Origin: Yuukianura sp. NJ FZ-2021
Lineage: Eukaryota
Assembly (NCBI GenBank): GCA_046563655.1
Contig: CM102285.1
Location: forward strand, 2,480,001-2,544,000
Reading direction: 5' to 3'
DNA length: 64,000 bases
Shown: positions 1-10,600 of the stretch, piece by piece
Numbering within the stretch: position 1 is the stretch's first letter
Layout of the letters: the number at the start of each line of letters is the position of its first letter
Notes under the pieces: model-generated
Seen by the model: the letters and a program-made list of their open reading frames with translations, nothing else
The model's database searches: none
What the model was told of the DNA's origin: nothing
Translations under genes and position numbers: made by a program

Positions 1-481
1 ATCTTGGAAAAACTTCGGACCCTCCTGTTTCGAAATTTATTCAAGAAAGTGTAAGTTGAGTCACTAAATTCATGCAAATCTCTTTCAAGGATTCTGGGAA
101 TTGCAATGTGACCTCCGGGATTAACTTTACGTACTAATTTAATGTTATTCAAACTGACAAGGCAATTATGAGCATGTCATAACTTTTTTTTTGTAGAAAA
201 GCGGAGATAATTTATTGAAGACTTAATTGTTAACTAACTGATGGGTGATTAATTGTAGGTGCCTTCTTCACGACTCGAATCAGATCCCAATTAACTTGTT
301 CGTGACAGCATTGAACTGGTCAGGCTACAAGGAAGCCGACGGAGATGAAGTCCAGTGCATTTTGTCCAACTTGATTTATGAAGGTCAAATCCGTGGCTAC
401 ATTTCTCATCAACATCAAATCCTTGTTGTTGCCAAAACAAATCCGTTTCCGAAGATCTCTGCCTGCAGCGGTACGGACTAA
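1..481 (+). CDS. PCID2: PCI domain-containing protein 2, last two exons (1-50, 259-481); gene starts upstream of the window
   Basis: Spliced translation ILEKLRTLLFRNLFKKV|CLLHDSNQIP...DEVQCILSNLIYEGQIRGYISHQHQILVVAKTNPFP matches the recalled PCID2 C-terminus. GT at 51, AG at 257-258, TAA at 479-481. Confidence 0.9.
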
Positions 482-1190
482 AAATCATAAGTTGTTATTG
501 GATCTAAACAGTCGATGTTGTCCTTTCCATTTCCAATACATAAGTGGTAATTAACTACCGTTAAGTCGGTCTTCTTCAAAATACTATTACACAATACCCG
601 CAGATCCTTTTATTCGTCTTTTCAATGGTAAGACTTTTTTGTTAGGACAGACAGAGAGTGCTATATGTCAATATTTAATTGAGCACCTAAATGCAGGGTG
701 ACCAATATTGTAGTAATCCTGATTCTATTTTTAAAGGTTGCCATTTGGAAAGGTAAATAAAACAGTGGGCTAAGGTCATTTGAGCTCCATTGTTATTGCT
801 TCCCATACTGCAAGCCCTTCTCTTAAACCCATAAGCGTCATGACAAATTAAAGCCATGATGAGTTAATACTTTGAACACCAAGGCAGTACTTTGTGACTG
901 TCTGTTGAGCTTCTTCCACTCAATCAATCAGTTCGGTCATAATATCTTCAACATCCTTTTCAAATTAGTCAAAGTTTTGATGTGCTTGATGTGTTCATGA
1001 GTGCAGTAAACTGCACTTCAACTTTTCCGTAATTTGTCAAATTTCACATCTCTACCCAAGCATTACTTCTTCATGATTTCTGACAGGATTAACCATGTCT
1101 CAACATTTACGTGGGGATTGGGCGTTAAAATGTTTAAGAACTGCGAATTTTGGTGGGTGATCGAATAACTTAAAACCTGTCCTGCCAAAT

Positions 1191-1416
1191 AGTACAGACA
1201 ACTCTTTGAATTAGAAAAACTGCAAAATACAAAACAAATGGCAATTGAGGGATACAAAATAACTTAGATATAGATATATACACAACAATTGGCGGTAAAC
1301 AGACAAAATGACATATGAAATGGCAAATGATTGATATTGCAATGGCAATTGGACCAACATCCATGCCATTTGTTTTGTATTTTGCAATTTTTCTAATTCA
1401 AAGAATTGTCTGTACT
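1191..1416. repeat. Inverted repeat, 53-bp arms (1191-1243 and 1364-1416), 120-bp spacer
   Basis: AGTACAGACAACTCTTTGAATTAGAAAAACTGCAAAATACAAAACAAATGGCA matches the reverse complement of 1364-1416 with 2 mismatches. Confidence 0.85.
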
Positions 1417-1527
1417 TTGGCGGTGGTTGTTGTCGAAATTTCGTTACTTTACTTCTAACTTGATTTATCCGTATTTATCTCTATAATGCATTCTATAATA
1501 TTACCGATATTATATACGGTATATATA

Positions 1528-1742
1528 CAGTGAGCGCCAGCTAAAACCATACACCCATATTTTGTTTCCGTAGAAACAAGTTGAAAATTATGTAAACATG
1601 GTGGGAAAGGTAACTCAAAATGTGCAACTTCAGTTAAACTCTTATGATGAAATTTTTGCAAATCGCGTAATTTCACTGGTTTTCCCTCCACAATAGCGAA
1701 GTTAAACAATTCCGGGTGTATGGTTTTAGCTGGCGCTCACTG
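1528..1742. mobile_element. Tc1/mariner(pogo)-type MITE, 215 bp
   Basis: Perfect 29-bp TIRs CAGTGAGCGCCAGCTAAAACCATACACCC (1528-1556 and 1714-1742), TA on both sides, no coding capacity. Confidence 0.9.
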
Positions 1743-4304
1743 TATTATATACCTATATTTATCTGTAAATTAAATCCTAAATATTGCTATTTAAGCCTAT
1801 CTAATCTTGCTATGTAATAATTTTTCGTTAATTGTTGCACAAAATATTTGCATATGTGCCCATAGATTACCAATTCAAATGGTGTTGGAGAACCCTGCTT
1901 TCCTTGATTTTTTGACAATCATCTTATGCATTAATGCAAATACACAATGGAGCTAAAATAGCAATAAATTTGCTTCATCTCCGTGATCTCTTCACCTCGT
2001 TACTCGAAATTGTCGTGCCCCGTCTCCACTTACGAGTCAAGGCAAATGTTAAACTATGTAATATACTTACGTTTTCTCTAAAATCTGAATAGTACGGAAG
2101 AGACACACCTAAAATTACATTAATGCTTAAACAAATTTCCAATTCACCCATGAATTTTTCCATTGTCGTCTTTAACCCTTGTTTGCCTTGTGGGTAGCAA
2201 AAGGTCAAGATTTATGCACTCTTATAAAATCAAACTTTGTTTTTCCTCAAATTAAATTTTTTGGAAGACAAATTTTGGAAGAATATGCATAAAAAAAACA
2301 TCAAATTGAAATTTATATAGTTAGGGTAAAATTTCACCAAAGTTTTGCTGATGATCTAAAGATACGCATGAGGAGAAAGGGATTCATCACTTTTTGCAAT
2401 GGAAAAAGTTGAAGTTTGCAGATATTGTGCGTTACAGTATAAGTGAATTTCATGACTAATTCTTTTATTACGACAATTTGCAAAGTGTACTGACCATTTC
2501 ATTTGTGGTTTGTTTGACAGATCTCTCAGTGGGAGAAAACTTGAAAGGTGCTCATTCACTTTTGCATTCTGCAAATTTTGCAAGTTAACGCATTCTGAAA
2601 AGTAAAAATTCGTCAGTTGCGGCGTAAAGACTAACATTATTTGACAGTTTCAAAAGTTAATGATCAATTTAAGTTAGAAGAGGAGCAAAAAGAAAATAAA
2701 TTCATTTCATGCCTCGAATTCTAAGCATTCTTCCAAAAATTTGTTTTTAATGAAAAGTGAAACGAATTGAAACTACCAAAGCGTCACAACTTTATTCACT
2801 TTTTAAGTCGAAGAAGGATTCCGCCTACTAAAGCCTTTGCAAATCAAAACAAAGATGAGTTGATCTCTTGATTTGAATTTAAAGTCTACCGCCTTCTGCA
2901 TCCAACTTGTTTGTACAACCACATGACTTTGTTACCTTGTAAAGTCGTATTTACATGTGTCACAGAAGAAACACATTTTAAGTTGTAGTTGTGACTGTCA
3001 GTATGCCATAAGTTGTGCTTGAGTTGTGTCATTTGTGTACTCCTCGTTTTGAACTCTATTGTGCAACAAATGATGTTTTCACATCATTTGTTTAGTATGC
3101 ACTTGACTACGGTCCTTTTGAATTTGAATTTTCCAAAGTGCAATAATGCATATGTCAAAAAATGAATTCTGCAAGGCTTCAACCTGTGCTAATTACAAAA
3201 AACCCACATAACAATTTTCACCTGTCGCTTTCATGTCACAGTTACTCCCCCTCTTTCTATTTATAACTTTGCAAAAGCACATATTTATTTATTTCTCTCG
3301 CAAAAAAAATTTGCAATTTTGCAATTCGCAAATTTTTGCAAACAATTTTGATTACCAAAAATGGAAACTTTTTCAATAGTTTGTTTTAACTTGTTGGAAA
3401 GGTATTGATGAAATTTTTGGCGGAAATTATTTAACAATGTACCAGAAAAAATGTACCTATAAGCTGTTACTTTTACTTGTACCTTAAATTTGCCATGGCC
3501 GAATAGGTCATTACCGGAAAAACCAAAAAGCGTGAATTAGTCATAACGAAAAATGTCAATATTTGATCAGTTTTAAAAATCAGATTACAAATTGAGCACT
3601 TTTGTTTGTTCTTAGATTACAATATTGTAAGTTACAAATGCAACTTTAGTAGTTTACTTAATGCAAGGCTAACTGTTGTTGATTTTGATTATCTGGTTTG
3701 TTAATTTACACTTTTTGGCGTTATGCACTTTGAAAAACTGCAACGTTAGGCAAGTTTACTGGCAAAAGTATTGATTGTCTCCGTTTCATTCTAAATTTTT
3801 TGTTAAATCTGTAATAGGTCATTTATAGATGGGTTAAAAAGTTAACATTAATGGGAACCGGAAAAGAAAAAAATCAAATCTTGATCTTTGAGTTTATTAA
3901 ACTTTAAGCACAAAAACCTCGTTTGATGAGAATTTCTCATCAAACTCGATGTATTTTCACCATTGTTATAAAATATATCATAAATACTAAATCAACAAAA
4001 GCCAAATATAAAAATCCTAAAGTTTGAAACTTTTTAAGTCATATTGGGGTGAGATTTTTTTTCTTGGGTTCTGCGACCTTGCATGGTTGAATCTAAACAA
4101 GACTAAAACTTTATCACTAAAAGGAATAATTTTCAGTTCTAAGTTCTAATTAGGTTAGATTTGTAGATTTGGTTTAACTTTTTGCGTTATGTTAGTAACT
4201 TCATAAAGATTGACATTTAAAAATGTGTAAAAAGAATTTCAAAAATAAGTTTGTTTTTTATTTTTTACATTTAGAATTGACTAAATCAAATATTAATTAT
4301 AATT

Positions 4305-6590
4305 TTTTTTAAATATAAACACAACAGAACTGTACATAAAAAAAGTTAATAATAGATATTATAAGTAATAAATTTCATCCAATTCTTTTCCGGGAGTAAT
4401 GGTTCCGAAAATTGAGGCTGCATTCCCACGTTGGATTGCTATGCTGATTCGTTGTAGAAGAAAGGCGGTTGACTTCTGCTCGCCGGTGTAATCAGTAATA
4501 CGATGTCCAATCGATTTGATGAGTTTTAGACCTTCGACCCCGAAGACTCCTGATGTTTCGACTGCGATGATGCCCACAATGTATTGAGTTTCCAAGTCAT
4601 TGTAAAGGTTGTGTTTATGGCTTTCAGCCATCGAAGCAGCATGTCCAGAATTCATCGAAGAGGCCTGAAGGTAGGATGTAGCAAAGGTATCTCTACAGGT
4701 GAAGTCCCAAGCTAAAGCGCGTCCACATTTCCAGGGGATGAGGGTGACTCCGTCCGGGCGTTTGCCGTCGCTTCTGGAACATCCAGATGGTTCCTTGACA
4801 CATGGTATTCCTGAGGAATGGAGAGCTCTGTAAATCAGGTCATTCACTGAATTGTGTCTTGACATTCGTCCTGCGCTTTTCTGACAACTGAGTCCATGGA
4901 GTCCATCGCTGGAAACTGGAGCTCCGCATTTACAAGTGTGAGGTAAGCAGATATCGCTCCCAAGGCGAAGGGCACAAGCGATTCTGAGGCTCTCGTTGGT
5001 GAGTAAAGTTCCAAATTGAGCGGCAGGAAGGGCATTGAGCCAATCACCAGAATGAGGAGACGCCACAGCAAGTAATCGAGCCTTGTCAGCCAGAGAGGTA
5101 GCATCTAGTAAAAGTTGGTCGTAGGAACGACGGCTAAGTTCAGAATCCCAGTGGTGCTGCAGCTTGGCGACTTGAGGAATCCGGAGTCCATTCTCAATCC
5201 ATTGTCTTGATGCAACTTCAAAGTCTTTGTCGAACGGAGAAAGGTCAGGTGGTAGAAAGAGTTCAACGAGATTTGAACAACTGTGGATAGAGGCCAAAAA
5301 GGAGAGAGTAGCATAATCCGCAGCGTGTCGAATCCCGAGACCTCCTTGGGCGACCGGAAGAGATGACTGATGCCAGGCGTTCTCAGACAGTTTGATGTTC
5401 AAGATATTGGTTAAAACTTCTCGAAGAGAAAGGTCGTAAGCGATTAGAAGGTCTTCTTCTAGGAATGATGGAAAGCAACGAAGAAAGTAATGTAGTCTGG
5501 GAGTGGAGACTGAAGCTCTCAGAAGATAGAGTGCAGCGTGGGCAGGAAGGATGCTGAGTTTAGACGAAATTTGTTTAAAATCCTGAGTCTTGAATTGAAG
5601 GATGCGGCGGCATGAGGCTGTTGTCAAAGGCGCACCAAGAAGTTCAGCATTTTCTTCACTACAGATGCAAATGTCTGGAGCGAAGGAACGGAAGCGGGTA
5701 GCAATTGACTGAGCCTCAGACGGGTTAGCTCCGATCATGATGATTTCGCATTTTTTAGTGTTAAGTTCCAGGCCAATAGAAGCAGCTTTCTTGGTAATTT
5801 CTTCCAGATTGTAGAGGACTGAGTCGGGAGAGTCAGCAATTGTGGCGTCATCTAGATACCATATGTTGAATTCGGTATTGATGGAGGTGGCGAGAGGATG
5901 AACAGTCAAAGCGAATAAGGCTGGGCCCATCGGGTCCCCTTGCTGAACCCCAAGGCTGGACTTGATACAAGTTGAACCGTGGAACAGGTCTGAGTCGGTG
6001 GAATAACATTGAGAAACGAAATGAAGTAGCTGTGGGAAGTTAGTCTTGACAGCTTGTAGCATTCTATCTCGTCTCAGAAGGTTAAATGCGTTTCTGAAGT
6101 CCATTTTGAGCATCACCTTAGGAGTGGACCGAGGCGAGTTGATGTATATCCTAGCTGCATGAGCTACAGCTTCAGCTCCATTCTTGACGCCCACACCAAC
6201 CTGTGTTGGACTGAGGAAAGTAGTGATGTCCTTCATCATTCGTGATAAAGCTAGTTTTGACACCAGGCGTCGCCAAACCAATCCGACTGCAATTGGACGC
6301 ACACCACCTTTCTTCTTCTGGATAGCCACGAGGGATGCTCCAAAGAAAAGAGGAATGATGTCGTCAGGCAAAGGTTTGTTTGCAACAAGATTGCAAAGAG
6401 TTGTGATAGATGAGAGAAGGTTTATGCCGGTATCTCCTGTAGATTTGGCGGTCAGTTCCTTGAGAATTTGAGGACGAAGTGAATCCAGACCGCCAGCAGA
6501 ACCATTTCGGAATGAAGAAATGCATTTGGAAACTTGCGGTTCTTCAAATCGTATTTCGTCAGATTGAGGTTGATCATTGTCAGAAATAAT
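4305..6590 (-). mobile_element. 5'-truncated CRE-clade non-LTR retrotransposon (RT plus restriction-like endonuclease)
   Basis: Short poly(A) (T8 at 4303-4310 on +), an open RT/RLE frame to about 6586, and a candidate TSD ATATTAATTATAATT at 4290-4304 that recurs at 6593-6607 and 6732-6746. Confidence 0.85.
4359..6586 (-). CDS. Reverse transcriptase with C-terminal Zn-finger/RLE endonuclease (partial; frame stays open upstream of the 6371 start in the ORF track)
   Basis: Motifs SFRNGSAGGLDSLRPQIL, RPIAVG, KMDFRNAFN, GVQQGDPMGP, WYLDD, GGLGIR, CKCG..HGLSC, RH, RPDG, IAVETSG, IQRGNA. Confidence 0.88.
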
Positions 6591-6746
6591 TGATATTAAT
6601 TATAATTGATATTATAATTAATATTAATATTTAATTATAATTAATATTAATTAATTAATATTAAATAATTAATATTAATTAATTAATATTAATATTATAA
6701 TTAATATTTAATAATTGATATTAAATAATTGATATTAATTATAATT
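6586..6746. repeat. Almost pure A/T low-complexity tract made of ATATTAAT/TATAATT units at the 5' junction of the retroelement
   Basis: About 160 bp with only four G residues and no C; contains two full copies of the 15-mer found at the other end of the element. Confidence 0.85.
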
Positions 6747-7638
6747 GTTTTGGTTGGAAGAGCTTCAGTAAATGCTGCAATTATTTTAATTTCGTTATGT
6801 AATATGTGACTGCGTAAAAAAAAAATTGTTGGAATTGGTTTATATGTTAATTGCTGTTTAAGATGAGATTTTAAGGTGAGTCAAGGGAAGAATAAGTGTG
6901 TGAAACGAATTATTCAGAGGATGATGAGGAAAAAGAGGATTACAGGATTTTAATTTTTTTTTTAATTTTTCTATGTAATTTCTGTGTGTAAATTACGGTG
7001 CTAAGTTCCTAATTTTTAAGAAAATTGGTCAATAATCGTAAAAAAACAACGAAGCTACAGATTAACTTAACTTCTTTCTTGCGCATACTCAACAATTTGT
7101 ATATTTTGAAGATCAGATAGCACACGACTGAAAGGAAAAGGGGAGGGTGGGAGAAATTGGGATTAAGTGGATGGTGGGGGGTTTGGCCTTTTCCAAAAGC
7201 ATTTCAATTTGCAGAACTAAACATTTAAAGTACCTCAAAATTCGTTTTGCTATGATTAGCAAATTCACATGAACGTGTGAATAAGCGTCGTTGTCAGCGC
7301 ACAGGCGTAAAGCAGCTCATGCATCAACTCAAGTGCTAAAATTATGATGATGGAGGACTTGAGCGTTTTAAGTTAAGTCGTGAGTGCATCCCTTGATTTT
7401 TAGACTTGATAAAAAGAGGGCGACTTTGATCCTTGGCCCCTTAGTTTCGTCTTTCCACTCACCATTGGCACAGTTAGCTTTCAGTTTTGTCAACTTGCAA
7501 TTTTGCAAATTTTTACGGCTTTTTTCGCAAAATTTGTGAAGAATAAAAAATTAACTTGGATTAACACAAGCTTCGTTTGTTCGAAACACTCAAAAATCAC
7601 AAAAGCTACTAAATTGAAACAAGTTCCATTTTTCGAAA

Positions 7639-10600
7639 ATGGAATTCTTGTTCAGGATTTCCATTCTTTCGACTATTGGAGTCTTACTAGTAAGTTTTCG
7701 AAGAAAATAAAATTCGAAGTTTTTCTTTACATAAGTCGAAGTTGTGTATATAATTTTTCTGAACTATTGTTCATTAGATTTTAGGAACATTTGCGCAAGG
7801 TCAGTATATACCTTATGGAACACGAACAGTGAATCGGAACAGACTTGCGCGCTTGACAGCGTCCACTTTCATTCCAAGCGGAAACCATCCAAAAATTGTC
7901 AACTTGGAAGTACAGTGCGTTCCAGAAGGAATGGCTGTCACAGTGGATTTTGATTTGCAATTCTCCGGCGTAGTTTACAGTGCCGGACATTATGGGATGC
8001 AAAATTGCGAGTAAGTTCCGCATCATAAAATTTACAATTTCAACTAAACAAAAATTAATCCTAAAGTATGGATTTTGAAATTTTGAAAATGCAACACTTT
8101 GTTAAAAGAAAATTGAACAATTTGCATTAGGTTTGTCCAAGCAAATCTGGCTGGAGCTACTCAGTTTTCATTTGTGGTTCCGGCAAACGACTGTGGAACT
8201 AAGGAAAACAAACTTGCGAAATCTTTGAGCAATGTTCTCGTTTTTCAAACAGATGAAGATGTCCAGGTAGATTTTTTCTCAAAATGAAATAAAATTGTGT
8301 CATAAAATTTATGTCGTAAATCATTTTTCTTTATAGGAAGTCTGGGACATTACCAGAAAAGTTTCATGTTCAAATGCAAAACCAGGAGACACACACGAGA
8401 AAATGGTTGTTTTCAAACCCCTCTCGGTCGGAATGCTCGATGTTCAACATCATCCAATCAAAAACGACGAACTAGACTGTTGGATGGATATTCAAATTGG
8501 AAAGTACCCAGACGTGAGATAGCATTCAAAACATTAATTCTTTTTAAATTCATGTTAGTATTTCTTTTTTAATTTTTGTTTTTAGATTTCTCCTATTGAA
8601 GGCGAACTTCCAATTGGACAGGAATTAAGCATTTTGATATACTTGAGAGATTCAGAAAAGCAGTCTGACGTAAGAGTCAAAGACTGCTGGGCTTTTGACG
8701 CGGAAGATTTCGAGGGACCGAAAACATCCAAGGTTCAACTGACAGGATACGATGGATGTCCACGGTAGGCATAAAAAGTTTCAAATTACAACAATTAATT
8801 TTTTTGAAATTTTCACATAATTTGTCATAATTTGTTCAGAAAAATGAAACTTGAGAGCTAATGGAAAGCTCAAGGAAACAAAAGGCAGGAACAACTGATG
8901 AGATGATGCTAGGAACTGGAGTTGATACTCCGTTTATTTTAGATTTAGTTAAAGTTAAGTTTAAGTTAATTGACTAATTGGAAATTGAGAGATGACGGAG
9001 ATGGGATGTTGAACGGAAGAGGGGAGGGAGACGACTGAGTTGAAGTTGTGACGAGTGGAGACGGAGACTGACGAGACGGATCTTCTGGTTGACTTGAGGG
9101 TGGGTTGCACACGCTGTAACCCCTCATGACCCCGCCGCCGAGCCCAGAGCCGTCCCGGCTCGAAAAAAACCAAGGGGTACAAGCAGGTAGAATGGGCCGA
9201 ACGTCAATTTTCAATTTTGAAAAATTTTGAAATTGGTGCCGAATGGAGTCCAATCACTGAAAATAGAACAAAATGGTGGGGAAAAAGTGGGGAGGGACAC
9301 TGAAAACATGAGAAAAGATTAAACCGAATTCAGGGGCTGAAAATTTAGCAAGTTTTGTAAGCCTAATTGGGGGGTAAAACGGGTAGGGGGAAAATTTAGG
9401 AAAAATGCTCGTCTAAGGCTCAAAATGGAGGGTAAGGGAACCAATTTAGGGAATCAACATCTCTTAAAAGGAAGAAAGATAAGGTTAGGAAAAATTGTAT
9501 TAAGTATATGTACATAAATCAATAAGAGTGTTTAAGAACCAGTAAAAGTGCTTCAGAGTCGTCATCAAAGTATCAATCCATGGGTGCGTGCGACGTCGAT
9601 CTCCTGCAGGCCTATGTCTCCTAAAAACCTGGGAAATCAAATGATTAGGGGGGAAAACGGGGAACCATATAGGCAAAACACAAAATTCAATCAAAAATCA
9701 GTGCACAAAATACCAAAATACACAAAAATCAAGGCCAAAAATATACAAAACCACAAAAATCAAATCAATTACCAAAATCCAGAAGCATGTTTCACTTCAA
9801 TTAAACCAACCTCAAAAATACACAAAAACCAGAGGCATATTTCACCCCAATGACAAAGGAAATACTCACCAAATTCGGGAAGGACTGACGAACTTACATA
9901 CCAAATCCAGGGCGAGGGGGAGGGCAAGGCATTTCTTCAGTGACCATCAGGGATTTCCAATCTGAAAAAGAGGGAAGGGAACGGCGGAAACTGTTGAGGA
10001 GGTTGAGTCGGTACCAAACAGTTTCTTCGGTTTCACATCCAAGGGTGAAGTAGACCTGGAGTTTGGGGTCCAAAAGGTCAACAATGTCCTGACCTCGGTC
10101 TGGGTATACTTTGGCGGGAAAATGGAGATCCAAGTATTTCTTCGCCAGTTGAATGAACTTGGTAGGATTTGATCCAATGGTAAAGGAGGGCTTCTTTGGG
10201 GTCAACTTCTGAACTGGTTTAGACTGAAAATGAGGGGAAACGGGAAGTCGAACTTGTTCCATTACCAAATTGGGCTTGTCACAGGAGAGTCCAGAAAGAA
10301 CAACGGCATCATCACGAGGTATTGGACACTCGGGGTCACTAAATTGGGCGGGGCAAGGCAATCCACGCTGAATCATCAGCGCTTCCCAATCCAGGAAACT
10401 AGGCAGGGAGTCTCGGAAGTTATCTAGGAGTCTCAACTTCTCAAGTACTTGGAGTCCGTGATCAACATGGGAAAGGAAATATTTTTGGAGAGGAGGATCT
10501 ATGTCGTTGATGAGGAGACTGCCGAAGATGGGTGTGTAAAAGTCCAATTCATGGTACACCAGAGCAATTTCCCATTCCTTGTCCCTCATCCAGCTCTCAG

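Noticed and set aside
2880-3240. Possible zinc-finger or transposase remnant on the minus strand
   Set aside because: Only scattered Cys/His in stop-interrupted frames; not supportable without a search.
9548-9853. 101-aa Lys/Asn/Gln-rich ORF inside the LTR element
   Set aside because: Low-complexity A-rich sequence antisense to the element's 3' region; no domain signal.
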